64,000 bases of DNA from Eledone cirrhosa (taxonomy: Eukaryota): assembly GCA_964016885.1 (NCBI GenBank), contig OZ024744.1, positions 60,822,001-60,886,000 on the forward strand, written 5' to 3'. The notes beneath the pieces were generated by a model. The model was not told the DNA's origin. It did no database searches and saw only the letters and a list, made by a program, of their open reading frames with translations. Each line of letters opens with the position of its first letter. Position 1 is the first letter of the stretch. The translations under genes and the position numbers were made by a program. Shown piece after piece: positions 11,613 through 27,660 of this stretch.

Positions 11613-14600
11613 TGTGATGTACATGATGCACCACTGGATGTGATGTACATGATCCACCACTGGATGTGATGTACATGATCCACCACTGGATGTGATGTAC
11701 ATGATCCACCACTGGATGTGATGTACATGATCCACCACTGGATGTGATGTGATGTACATGATCCACTACTGGATGTGATGTACATGATCCACTACTGGAT
11801 GTAATGTGATGTACATGATCCACTACTGGATGTGATGTACATGATCCACTACTGGATGTGATGTGATGTACATGATCCACCACTGGATGTGATGTACATG
11901 ATCCACTACTGGATGTGATGTACATGATCCACTACTGGATGTGGTGTACATGATCCACCACTGGATGTGATGTGATGTACATGATCCACCACTGGATGTG
12001 ATGTACATGATCCACTACTGGATGTGATGTGATGTACATGATCCACTACTGGATGTGATGTACATGATCCACTACTGGATGTGATGTACATGATCCACCA
12101 CTGGATGTGATGTACATGATCCACTACTGGATGTGATGTACATGATCCACTACTGGATGTGATGTACATGATCCACTACTGGATGTAATGTGATGTACAT
12201 GATCCACTACTGGATGTGGTGTACATGATCCACTACTGGATGTGATGTACATGATCCACCACTGGATGTGATGTGATGTACATGATCCACTACTGGATGT
12301 GATGTACATGATCCACTACTGGATGTGATGTACATGATCCACCACTGGATGTGATGTACATGATCCACTACTGGATGTGATGTACATGATCCACTACTGG
12401 ATGTGATGTACATGATCCACCACTGGATGTGATGTACATGATCCACTACTGGATGTGATGTACATGATCCACTACTGGATGTGATGTACATGATCCACCA
12501 CTGGATGTGATGTACATGATCCACTACTGGATGTGGTGTACATGATCCACTACTGGATGTGATGTACATGATCCACTACTGGATGTGATGTACATGATCC
12601 ACTACTGGATGTGATGTACATGATCCACTACGGGATGTGATGTACATGATCCACCACTGGATGTGATGTACATGATCCACTACTGGATGTGATGTACATG
12701 ATCCACTACTGGATGTGATGTACATGATCCACTACTGGATGTGATGTACATGATCCACTACTGGATGTGATGTACATGATCCACTACTGGATGTGATGTA
12801 CATGATCCACCACTGGATGTGGTGTACATGATCCACTACTGGATGTGATGTGATGTACATGATCCACTACTGGATGTGATGTACATGATCCACTACTGGA
12901 TGTGATGTACATGATCCACTACTGGATGTGATGTACATGATCCACCACTGGATGTGATGTACATGATCCACCACTGGATGTGATGTACATGATCCACTAC
13001 TGGATGTGATGTACATGATCCACTACTGGATGTGATGTGATGTACATGATCCACTACTGGATGTGATGTACATGATCCACTACTGGATGTGATGTACATG
13101 ATCCACTACTGGATGTGATGTGTTGTACATGATCCACTACTGGATGTGATGTACATGATCCACCACTGGATGTGATGTGATGTACATGATCCACCACTGG
13201 ATGTGATGTGATGTACATGATCCACTACTGGATGTAATGTGATGTACATGATCCACTACTGGATGTGATGTGATGTACATGATCCACCACTGGATGTGAT
13301 GTACATGATCCACCACTGGATGTGATGTACATGATCCACCACTGGATGTGATGTACATGATCCACCACTGGATGTGTTGTACATGATCCACCACTGGATG
13401 TGATGTACATGATCCACTACTGGATGTGATGTACATGATCCACTACTGGATGTGGTGTACATGATCCACTACTGGATGTGGTGTACATGATCCACTACTG
13501 GATGTGATGTACATGATCCACTACTGGATGTGATGTGATGTACATGATCCACCACTGGATGTGGTGTACATGATCCACCACTGGATGTGATGTACATGAT
13601 CCACCACTGGATGTGTTGTACATGATCCACCACTGGATGTGATGTACATGATCCACTACTGGATGTGATGTACATGATCCACTACTGGATGTGGTGTACA
13701 TGATCCACTACTGGATGTGATGTACATGATCCACTACTGGATGTGATGTGATGTACATGATCCACCACTGGATGTGATGTACATGATCCACCACTGGATG
13801 TGATGTACATGATCCACCACTGGATGTGATGTACATGATCCACCACTGGATGTGATGTGATGTACATGATCCACCACTGGATGTGATGTACATGATCCAC
13901 CACTGGATGTGATGTGATGTACATGATCCACCACTGGATGTGATGTACATGATCCACCACTGGATGTGGTGTACATGATCCACCACTGGATGTGGTGTAC
14001 ATGATCCACTACTGGATGTGATGTACATGATGCACTACTGGATGTGATGTACATGATCCACCACTGGATGTGATGTGATGTACATGATCCACTACTGGAT
14101 GTGGTGTACATGATCCACTACTGGATGTGATGTACATGATCCACTACTGGATGTGATGTACATGATCCACTACTGGATGTGATGTACATGATCCACTACT
14201 GGATGTGATGTACATGATCCACCACTGGATGTGATGTACATGATCCACTACTGGATGTGATGTGATGTACATGATCCACTACTGGATGTGATGTACATGA
14301 TCCACTACTGGATGTGGTGTACATGATCCACTACTGGATGTGATGTACATGATCCACTACTGGATGTGATGTACATGATCCACTACTGGATGTGATGTAC
14401 ATGATCCACTACTGGATGTGATGTACATGATCCACCACTGGATGTGATGTACATGATCCACTACTGGATGTGATGTACATGATCCACCACTGGATGTGAT
14501 GTGATGTACATGATCCACTACTGGATGTGGTGTACATGATCCACCACTGGATGTGATGTGATGTACATGATCCACTACTGGATGTGATGTACATGATCCA

Positions 14601-17600
14601 CTACTGGATGTGATGTACATGATCCACTACTGGATGTGATGTACATGATCCACCACTGGATGTGATGTACATGATCCACTACTGGATGTGATGTACATGA
14701 TCCACTACTGGATGTGATGTACATGATCCACCACTGGATGTGATGTGATGTACATGATCCACCACTGGATGTGATGTACATGATCCACCACTGGATGTGA
14801 TGTACATGATCCACTACTGGATGTGATGTACATGATCCACCACTGGATGTGATGTACATGATCCACTACTGGATGTGATGTACATGATCCACTACTGGAT
14901 GTGATGTACATGATCCACCACTGGATGTGATGTGATGTACATGATCCACTACTGGATGTGGTGTACATGATCCACTACTGGATGTGATGTGATGTACATG
15001 ATCCACTACTGGATGTGATGTACATGATCCACTACTGGATGTGGTGTACATGATCCACTACTGGATGTGATGTACATGATCCACCACTGGATGTGATGTG
15101 ATGTACATGATCCACTACTGGATGTGGTGTACATGATCCACTACTGGATGTGGTGTACATGATCCACTACTGGATGTGATGTACATGATCCACCACTGGA
15201 TGTGATGTGATGTACATGATCCACTACTGGATGTGGTGTACATGATCCACTACTGGATGTGATGTACATGATCCACTACTGGATGTGGTGTACATGATCC
15301 ACTACTGGATGTGATGTACATGATCCACCACTGGATGTGGTGTACATGATCCACCACTGGATGTGATGTACATGATCCACTACTGGATGTGATGTACATG
15401 ATCCACTACTGGATGTGATGTACATGATCCACCACTGGATGTGATGTGATGTACATGATCCACCACTGGATGTGATGTACATGATCCACTACTGGATGTG
15501 ATGTACATGATCCACTACTGGATGTGATGTACATGATCCACTACGGGATGTGATGTACATGATCCACTACTGGATGTGGTGTACATGATCCACTACTGGA
15601 TGTGATGTACATGATCCACTACTGGATGTGATGTGATGTACATGATCCACTACTGGATGTGATGTACATGATCCACCACTGGATGTGATGTGATGTACAT
15701 GATCCACTACTGGATGTGGTGTACATGATCCACCACTGGATGTGATGTGATGTACATGATCCACTACTGGATGTGATGTACATGATCCACTACTGGATGT
15801 GATGTACATGATCCACCACTGGATGTGATGTGATGTACATGATCCACTACTGGATGTGGTGTACATGATCCACCACTGGATGTGATGTGATGTACATGAT
15901 CCACTACTGGATGTGATGTACATGATCCACTACTGGATGTGATGTACATGATCCACTACTGGATGTGATGTACATGATCCACTACTGGATGTGATGTACA
16001 TGATCCACTACTGGATGTGATGTACATGATCCACTACTGGATGTGATGTACATGATCCACTACTGGATGTGATGTGATGTACATGATCCACTACTGGATG
16101 TGGTGTACATGATCCACCACTGGATGTGATGTGATGTACATGATCCACCACTGGATGTGGTGTACATGATCCACTACTGGATGTGATGTACATGATCCAC
16201 TACTGGATGTGATGTGATGTACATGATCCACCACTGGATGTGGTGTACATGATCCACTACTGGATGTGATGTACATGATCCACCACTGGATGTGATGTAC
16301 ATGATCCACTACTGGATGTGATGTACATGATCCACCACTGGATGTGATGTACATGATCCACTACTGGATGTGATGTACATGATCCACTACTGGATGTGAT
16401 GTACATGATCCACCACTGGATGTGATGTACATGATCCACCACTGGATGTGGTGTACATGATCCACTACTGGATGTGATGTACATGATCCACTACTGGATG
16501 TGGTGTACATGATCCACTACTGGATGTGATGTACATGATCCACCACTGGATGTGGTGTACATGATCCACTACTGGATGTGATGTACATGATCCACTACTG
16601 GATGTGGTGTACATGATCCACCACTGGATGTGATGTGATGTACATGATCCACTACTGGATGTGATGTGGTGTACATGATCCACTACTGGATGTGATGTAC
16701 ATGATCCACTACTGGATGTGGTGTACATGATCCACTACTGGATGTGGTGTACATGATCCACTACTGGATGTGATGTACATGATCCACTACTGGATGTGGT
16801 GTACATGATCCACCACTGGATGTGATGTACATGATCCACTACTGGATGTGATGTGATGTACATGATCCACTACTGGATGTGATGTACATGATCCACTACT
16901 GGATGTGGTGTACATGATCCACCACTGGATGTGATGTGATGTACATGATCCACTACTGGATGTGATGTACATGATCCACTACTGGATGTGGTGTACATGA
17001 TCCACTACTGGATGTGATGTACATGATCCACTACTGGATGTGATGTACATGATCCACTACTGGATGTGATGTACATGATCCACTACTGGATGTGATGTGA
17101 TGTACATGATCCACTACTGGATGTGATGTACATGATCCACTACTGGATGTGATGTGATGTACATGATCCACTACTGGATGTGATGTACATGATCCACTAC
17201 TGGATGTGGTGTACATGATCCACCACTGGATGTGATGTGATGTACATGATCCACTACTGGATGTGATGTACATGATCCACTACTGGATGTGGTGTACATG
17301 ATCCACTACTGGATGTGATGTACATGATCCACTACTGGATGTGATGTACATGATCCACTACTGGATGTGATGTACATGATCCACTACTGGATGTGATGTA
17401 CATGATCCACCACTGGATGTGATGTGATGTACATGATCCACTACTGGATGTGATGTACATGATCCACTACTGGATGTGGTGTACATGATCCACTACTGGA
17501 TGTGGTGTACATGATCCACTACTGGATGTGATGTGATGTACATGATCCACTACTGGATGTGATGTACATGATCCACCACTGGATGTGATGTACATGATCC

Positions 17601-20600
17601 ACTACTGGATGTGGTGTACATGATCCACTACTGGATGTGATGTACATGATCCACTACTGGATGTGGTGTACATGATCCACTACTGGATGTGGTGTACATG
17701 ATCCACTACTGGATGTGATGTACATGATCCACTACTGGATGTGGTGTACATGATCCACTACTGGATGTGATGTACATGATCCACTACTGGATGTGGTGTA
17801 CATGATCCACTACTGGATGTGGTGTACATGATCCACTACTGGATGTGGTGTACATGATCCACTACTGGATGTGGTGTACATGATCCACTACTGGATGTGA
17901 TGTACATGATCCACTACTGGATGTGGTGTACATGATCCACTACTGGATGTGATGTACATGATCCACTACTGGATGTGGTGTACATGATCCACTACTGGAT
18001 GTGATGTACATGATCCACTACTGGATGTGATGTACATGATCCACTACTGGATGTGATGTACATGATCCACTACTGGATGTGGTGTACATGATCCACTACT
18101 GGATGTGATGTACATGATCCACTACTGGATGTGATGTACATGATCCACTACTGGATGTGATGTACATGATCCACTACTGGATGTGGTGTACATGATCCAC
18201 TACTGGATGTGGTGTACATGATCCACTACTGGATGTGGTGTACATGATCCACTACTGGATGTGATGTACATGATCCACTACTGGATGTGATGTACATGAT
18301 CCACTACTGGATGTGGTGTACATGATCCACTACTGGATGTGGTGTACATGATCCACTACTGGATGTGGTGTACATGATCCACCACTGGATGTGTTGTACA
18401 TGATCCACTACTGGATGTGATGTACATGATCCACTACTGGATGTGGTGTACATGATCCACTACTGGATGTGGTGTACATGATCCACCACTGGATGTGTTG
18501 TACATGATCCACTACTGGATGTAATGTGATGTACATGATCCACTACTGGATGTGGTGTACATGATCCACTACTGGATGTGATGTACATGATCCACCACTG
18601 GATGTGATGTGATGTACATGATCCACTACTGGATGTGATGTACATGATCCAACTGGATGTGATGTACATGATCCACTACTGGATGTGATGTACATGATCC
18701 ACTACTGGATGTGATGTACATGATCCACTACTGGATGTGATGTACATGATCCACTACTGGATGTGATGTACATGATCCACTACTGGATGTGGTGTACATG
18801 ATCCACTACTGGATGTGGTGTACATGATCCACTACTGGATGTGGATGTACATGATCCACTACTGGATGTGATGTACATGATCCACTACTGGATGTGATGT
18901 ACATGATCCACTACTGGATGTGATGTACATGATCCACCACTGGATGTGATGTGATGTACATGATCCACTACTGGATGTGATGTACATGATCCACTACTGG
19001 ATGTGATGTACATGATCCACTACTGGATGTGGTGTACATGATCCACTACTGGATGTGATGTACATGATCCACTACTGGATGTGATGTACATGATCCACCA
19101 CTGGATGTGATGTGTTGTACATGATCCACTACTGGATGTGATGTACATGATCCACCACTGGATGTTGATGTGATGTACATGATCCACTACTGGATGTGGT
19201 GTACATGATCCACTACTGGATGTGATGTACATGATCCACTACTGGATGTGATGTACATGATCCACTACTGGATGTGATGTACATGATCCACCACTGGATG
19301 TGATGTGTTGTACATGATCCACTACTGGATGTGATGTACATGATCCACCACTGGATGTGATGTGATGTACATGATCCACTACTGGATGTGGTGTACATGA
19401 TCCACTACTGGATGTGATGTACATGATCCACTACTGGATGTGATGTACATGATCCACTACTGGATGTGATGTACATGATCCACTACTGGATGTGATGTAC
19501 ATGATCCACTACTGGATGTGATGTACATGATCCACCACTGGATGTGATGTGATGTACATGATCCACTACTGGATGTGATGTACATGATCCACTACTGGAT
19601 GTGATGTACATGATCCACTACTGGATGTGGTGTACATGATCCACTACTGGATGTGATGTACATGATCCACTACTGGATGTGGTGTACATGATCCACTACT
19701 GGATGTGATGTACATGATCCACTACTGGATGTGATGTACATGATCCACCACTGGATGTGATGTGTTGTACATGATCCACTACTGGATGTGATGTACATGA
19801 TCCACCACTGGATGTGATGTGATGTACATGATCCACCACTGGATGTGATGTACATGATCCACTACTGGATGTGGATGTACATGATCCACTACTGGATGTG
19901 ATGTACATGATCCACTACTGGATGTGATGTACATGATCCACTACTGGATGTGATGTACATGATCCACTACTGGATGTGGTGTACATGATCCACCACTGGA
20001 TGTGATGTGATGTACATGATCCACTACTGGATGTGGATGTACATGATCCACCACTGGATGTGATGTACATGATCCACCACTGGATGTGATGTACATGATC
20101 CACCTACTGGATGTGATGTACATGATCCACCACTGGATGTGATGTACATGATCCACCACTGGATGTGGTGTACATGATCCACCACTGGATGTGATGTACA
20201 TGATCCACCACTGGATGTGATGTACATGATCCACTACTGGATGTGATGTACATGATCCACCACTGGATGTGATGTACATGATCCACCACTGGATGTGATG
20301 TACATGATCCACCACTGGATGTGATGTACATGATCCACTACTGGATGTGGTGTACATGATCCACTACTGGATGTATGTGATGTACATGATCCACCACTGG
20401 ATGTGGTGTACATGATCCACTACTGGATGTGATGTACATGATCCACTACTGGATGTGATGTGATGTACATGATCCACCACTGGATGTGGATGTACATGAT
20501 CCACCACTGGATGTGATGTACATGATCCACCACTGGATGTGATGTACATGATCCACCACTGGATGTAATGTGATGTACATGATCCACTACTGGATGTGAT

Positions 20601-23600
20601 GTACATGATCCACCACTGGATGTGATGATGTACATGATCCACCACTGGATGTGATGTACATGATCCACCACTGGATGTGATGTACATGATCCACCACTGG
20701 ATGTGATGTACATGATCCACTACTGGATGTGATGTACATGATCCACCACTGGATGTGATGTGATGTACATGATCCACCACTGGATGTGATGTACATGATC
20801 CACACTGGATGTGATGTACATGATGCACCACTGGATGTGGTGTACATGATCCACTACTGGATGTGGTGTACATGATCCACTACTGGATGTGATGTACATG
20901 ATCCACTACTGGATGTGGTGTACATGATCCACTACTGGATGTGATGTACATGATCCACTACTGGATGTGGTGTACATGATCCACCACTGGATGTGATGTG
21001 ATGTACATGATCCACCACTGGATGTGATGTACATGATCCACCACTGGATGTGATGTACATGATCCACCACTGGATGTGATGTACATGATCCACCACTGGA
21101 TGTGGTGTACATGATCCACTACTGGATGTGATGTACATGATCCACCACTGGATGTGATGTACATGATCCACCACTGGATGTGATGTACATGATCCACCAC
21201 TGGATGTGATGTACATGATCCACCACTGGATGTGATGTACATGATCCACCACTGGATGTGATGTGATGTACATGATCCACCACTGGATGTGATGTACATG
21301 ATCCACCACTGGATGTGATGTGATGTACATGATCCACCACTGGATGTGATGTACATGATCCACTACTGGATGTGATGTACATGATCCACCACTGGATGTA
21401 TGTGATGTACATGATCCACTACTGGATGTGATGTACATGATCCACCACTGGATGTGATGTACATGATCCACTACTGGATGTGATGTGATGTACATGATCC
21501 ACCACTGGATGTGATGTACATGATCCACCACTGGATGTGATGTACATGATCCACTACTGGATGTGGTGTACATGATCCACCACTGGATGTGATGTGATGT
21601 ACATGATCCACTACTGGATGTGATGTACATGATCCACTACTGGATGTGATGTACATGATCCACCACTGGATGTGGTGTACATGATCCACCACTGGATGTG
21701 ATGTGATGTACATGATCCACCACTGGATGTGATGTACATGATCCACTACTGGATGTGATGTACATGATCCACCACTGGATGTGATGTACATGATCCACTA
21801 CTGGATGTGATGTGATGTACATGATCCACCACTGGATGTGATGTACATGATCCACCACTGGATGTGATGTGATGTACATGATCCACTACTGGATGTGATG
21901 TACATGATCCACTACTGGATGTGATGTACATGATCCACCACTGGATGTGGTGTACATGATCCACCACTGGATGTGATGTGATGTACATGATCCACCACTG
22001 GATGTGATGTACATGATCCACTACTGGATGTGATGTACATGATCCACCACTGGATGTGATGTACATGATCCACTACTGGATGTGATGTGATGTACATGAT
22101 CCACCACTGGATGTGATGTACATGATCCACCACTGGATGTGATGTACATGATCCACTACTGGATGTGGTGTACATGATCCACCACTGGATGTGATGTGAT
22201 GTACATGATCCACTACTGGATGTGATGTACATGATCCACTACTGGATGTGATGTACATGATCCACTACTGGATGTGGTGTACATGATCCACCACTGGATG
22301 TGATGTGATGTACATGATCCACCACTGGATGTGATGTACATGATCCACTACTGGATGTGATGTACATGATCCACCACTGGATGTGATGTACATGATCCAC
22401 TACTGGATGTGATGTGATGTACATGATCCACCACTGGATGTGGTGTACATGATCCACTACTGGATGTGATGTGATGTACATGATCCACCACTGGATGTGA
22501 TGTACATGATCCACCACTGGATGTGATGTGATGTACATGATCCACCACTGGATGTGATGTGATGTACATGATCCACCACTGGATGTGATGTACATGATCC
22601 ACCACTGGATGTGATGTACATGATCCACCACTGGATGTGATGTGATGTACATGATCCACCACTGGATGTGATGTACATGATCCACCACTGGATGTGATGT
22701 ACATGATCCACCACTGGATGTGATGTACATGATCCACCACTGGATGTGATGTACATGATCCACCACTGGATGTGATGTGATGTACATGATCCACCACTGG
22801 ATGTGATGTACATGATCCACCACTGGATGTGATGTACATGATCCACCACTGGATGTGATGTACATGATCCACCACTGGATGTGATGTGATGTACATGATC
22901 CACTACTGGATGTGATGTGATGTACATGATCCACCACTGGATGTGATGTACATGATCCACCACTGGATGTGATGTGATGTACATGATCCACCACTGGATG
23001 TGATGTACATGATCCACTACTGGATGTGATGTACATGATGCACCACTGGATGTGATGTACATGATCCACCACTGGATGTGATGTGATGTACATGATCCAC
23101 TACTGGATGTGATGTGATGTACATGATCCACCACTGGATGTGATGTACATGATGCACCACTGGATGTGATGTACATGATCCACCACTGGATGTGATGTGA
23201 TGTACATGATCCACCACTGGATGTGATGTGATGTACATGATCCACCACTGGATGTGATGTACATGATCCACCACTGGATGTGATGTACATGATCCACCAC
23301 TGGATGTGATGTGATGTACATGATCCACCACTGGATGTGATGTACATGATCCACCACTGGATGTGATGTACATGATCCACCACTGGATGTGATGTACATG
23401 ATCCACCACTGGATGTGATGTGATGTACATGATCCACTACTGGATGTGATGTGATGTACATGATCCACCACTGGATGTGATGTACATGATCCACCACTGG
23501 ATGTGATGTGATGTACATGATCCACCACTGGATGTGATGTACATGATCCACTACTGGATGTGATGTACATGATGCACCACTGGATGTGATGTACATGATG

Positions 23601-26488
23601 CACCACTGGATGTGATGTACATGATGCACCACTGGATGTGATGTACATGATCCACTACTGGATGTGATGTACATGATCCACCACTGGATGTGATGTACAT
23701 GATCCACTACTGGATGTGATGTGATGTACATGATCCACCACTGGATGTGATGTACATGATCCACCACTGGATGTGATGTACATGATCCACTACTGGATGT
23801 GGTGTACATGATCCACCACTGGATGTGATGTGATGTACATGATCCACTACTGGATGTGATGTACATGATCCACTACTGGATGTGATGTACATGATCCACC
23901 ACTGGATGTGGTGTACATGATCCACCACTGGATGTGATGTGATGTACATGATCCACCACTGGATGTGATGTACATGATCCACTACTGGATGTGATGTACA
24001 TGATCCACCACTGGATGTGATGTACATGATCCACTACTGGATGTGATGTGATGTACATGATCCACCACTGGATGTGATGTACATGATCCACCACTGGATG
24101 TGATGTGATGTACATGATCCACTACTGGATGTGATGTACATGATCCACTACTGGATGTGATGTACATGATCCACCACTGGATGTGGTGTACATGATCCAC
24201 CACTGGATGTGATGTGATGTACATGATCCACCACTGGATGTGATGTACATGATCCACTACTGGATGTGATGTACATGATCCACCACTGGATGTGATGTAC
24301 ATGATCCACTACTGGATGTGATGTGATGTACATGATCCACCACTGGATGTGATGTACATGATCCACCACTGGATGTGATGTACATGATCCACTACTGGAT
24401 GTGGTGTACATGATCCACCACTGGATGTGATGTGATGTACATGATCCACTACTGGATGTGATGTACATGATCCACTACTGGATGTGATGTACATGATCCA
24501 CTACTGGATGTGGTGTACATGATCCACCACTGGATGTGATGTGATGTACATGATCCACCACTGGATGTGATGTACATGATCCACTACTGGATGTGATGTA
24601 CATGATCCACCACTGGATGTGATGTACATGATCCACTACTGGATGTGATGTGATGTACATGATCCACCACTGGATGTGGTGTACATGATCCACTACTGGA
24701 TGTGATGTGATGTACATGATCCACCACTGGATGTGATGTACATGATCCACCACTGGATGTGATGTGATGTACATGATCCACCACTGGATGTGATGTGATG
24801 TACATGATCCACCACTGGATGTGATGTACATGATCCACCACTGGATGTGATGTACATGATCCACCACTGGATGTGATGTGATGTACATGATCCACCACTG
24901 GATGTGATGTACATGATCCACCACTGGATGTGATGTACATGATCCACCACTGGATGTGATGTACATGATCCACCACTGGATGTGATGTACATGATCCACC
25001 ACTGGATGTGATGTGATGTACATGATCCACCACTGGATGTGATGTACATGATCCACCACTGGATGTGATGTACATGATCCACCACTGGATGTGATGTACA
25101 TGATCCACCACTGGATGTGATGTGATGTACATGATCCACTACTGGATGTGATGTGATGTACATGATCCACCACTGGATGTGATGTACATGATCCACCACT
25201 GGATGTGATGTGATGTACATGATCCACCACTGGATGTGATGTACATGATCCACTACTGGATGTGATGTACATGATGCACCACTGGATGTGATGTACATGA
25301 TCCACCACTGGATGTGATGTGATGTACATGATCCACTACTGGATGTGATGTGATGTACATGATCCACCACTGGATGTGATGTACATGATGCACCACTGGA
25401 TGTGATGTACATGATCCACCACTGGATGTGATGTGATGTACATGATCCACCACTGGATGTGATGTGATGTACATGATCCACCACTGGATGTGATGTACAT
25501 GATCCACCACTGGATGTGATGTACATGATCCACCACTGGATGTGATGTGATGTACATGATCCACCACTGGATGTGATGTACATGATCCACCACTGGATGT
25601 GATGTACATGATCCACCACTGGATGTGATGTGATGTACATGATCCACTACTGGATGTGATGTACATGATCCACCACTGGATGTGATGTGATGTACATGAT
25701 CCACCACTGGATGTGATGTACATGATCCACCACTGGATGTGATGTACATGATCCACCACTGGATGTGATGTGATGTACATGATCCACCACTGGATGTGAT
25801 GTACATGATCCACCACTGGATGTGATGTACATGATCCACCACTGGATGTGATGTACATGATCCACCACTGGATGTGATGTGATGTACATGATCCACCACT
25901 GGATGTGATGTACATGATGCACCACTGGATGTGATGTACATGATCCACCACTGGATGTGATGTGATGTACATGATCCACCACTGGATGTGATGTGATGTA
26001 CATGATCCACCACTGGATGTGATGTACATGATCCACCACTGGATGTGATGTACATGATCCACCACTGGATGTGATGTGATGTACATGATCCACCACTGGA
26101 TGTGATGTACATGATCCACCACTGGATGTGATGTACATGATCCACCACTGGATGTGATGTGATGTACATGATCCACTACTGGATGTGATGTGATGTACAT
26201 GATCCACCACTGGATGTGATGTACATGATCCACCACTGGATGTGATGTGATGTACATGATCCACTACTGGATGTGATGTACATGATCCACTACTGGATGT
26301 GATGTACATGATGCACCACTGGATGTGATGTACATGATGCACCACTGGATGTGATGTACATGATCCACCACTGGATGTGATGTACATGATGCACCACTGG
26401 ATGTGATGTACATGATCCACTACTGGATGTGATGTACATGATCCACCACTGGATGTGATGTACATGATCCACTACTGGATGTGATGTA
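11613..26488. repeat. ~14.9 kb tandem satellite, unit CTGGATGTGATGTACATGATCCACYA (26 bp) with 31-bp variants (extra GATGT)
   Basis: Continuous array read directly; all HHIQWWIMYITSS ORFs in the track are translations of it. Confidence 0.99.
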
Positions 26489-27271
26489 ACATGTTTTTAG
26501 TGTTTATTTTTTTTGTGCATTTGCTACATACAAAGCCTACTTTCTCAGTTCGGACTGACTAATTCCATTATCTTTTGTGCAGTCATTGTTCACACAGTGA
26601 GCACTCCATGGAACCTCCACATCTGCTGTTGTGTATAGAACTTTATACATCTATCAACTGATTACATTCCACACACACATATATAAATATGTTAACTGAT
26701 TATATACCATACACAAATATGGAACTATATACACACACACATGTCAACTAATTACATGCCATATAGACATATATATAGACTTTATACATATCTTAACTGA
26801 TTACATTCCACATACACATGTATAGAACTTTATACATCACTCAACAGGTTACACACACACAGAACTATGTGTCAAATGATTACATTCCACACACACAAAC
26901 CCAGACACGTGCATGTCAACAGATACTTTTCAAAATATACATATGTATGTTTGTTAATTTTCTTTTTCTTTTTTACTGGTTTCAGTCACTAGACTGAGGC
27001 CATGCTGGAATACAATATATATATAATATATATATATATTGTATCAATTAATAAGATCCCAGACCTCAAGGGTTACTAATCAAATTGGATCAAGGAAACA
27101 TTGGTCTTTTCATTGCTGATAGTATCTACTGGTTGCAATTCCTGGCAGAAAGAACAATGTCAAATAAAGTGTCTTGCTCAAGGATATAACACATTAGCCA
27201 GTTCGGGAATCAGATTCACAATTATGAGGTTGTGAATCCTCTAACCACTGATATATTAGTATATATATATA

Positions 27272-27660
27272 TGGAGGCACATGGCTTAGTGGTTAGAGCA
27301 TTGGCCTTGCAATCGAAAGATTGTGAGTTCAATTCTCAGACTGGGTGATGTGTTGTTTCCTTGAGCAAGACACTTTATTTCACATTGCTCCAGTTTACTC
27401 AGCTGTAGAAATGAGATGATAGGGACTGGGCTCCCTATCATTCTAGTGCAAAGTGATCGTGGAGGTGCCACGGCAAAAAAGCACCCAGCTTACACTGTAA
27501 AGTGGACGTGTAGGCGCCACGGAAAAAAGCACCCAGCACTCACTGTAAATGAGGTTGGTGTTAGGAAGGGCATCCAGCTGTAGAAATCAAGCCAGAATTA
27601 GTTCCTGTCCCACCCTTGCAAGCAGGGAAAAGTGGACGTATGATGATGATGATGATGATA
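27272..27660 (+). mobile_element. tRNA-derived SINE (same family)
   Basis: A/B boxes; tail CCCACCCTTGCAAGCAGGGAAAAG..(ATG)n. Confidence 0.9.

Noticed and set aside
11372-26472. Dozens of His/Trp-rich ORFs up to 469 aa
   Set aside because: They are translations of the 26/31-bp satellite; the unit length is not a multiple of 3 and all three frames give the same peptide.
11613-26488. CRISPR-like array (short palindromic repeat)
   Set aside because: No unique spacers, no cas genes, and a eukaryotic intron context.
27272-27345. tRNA genes at SINE heads
   Set aside because: A/B boxes only; they continue into the SINE body and RTE-like tail in all five copies.
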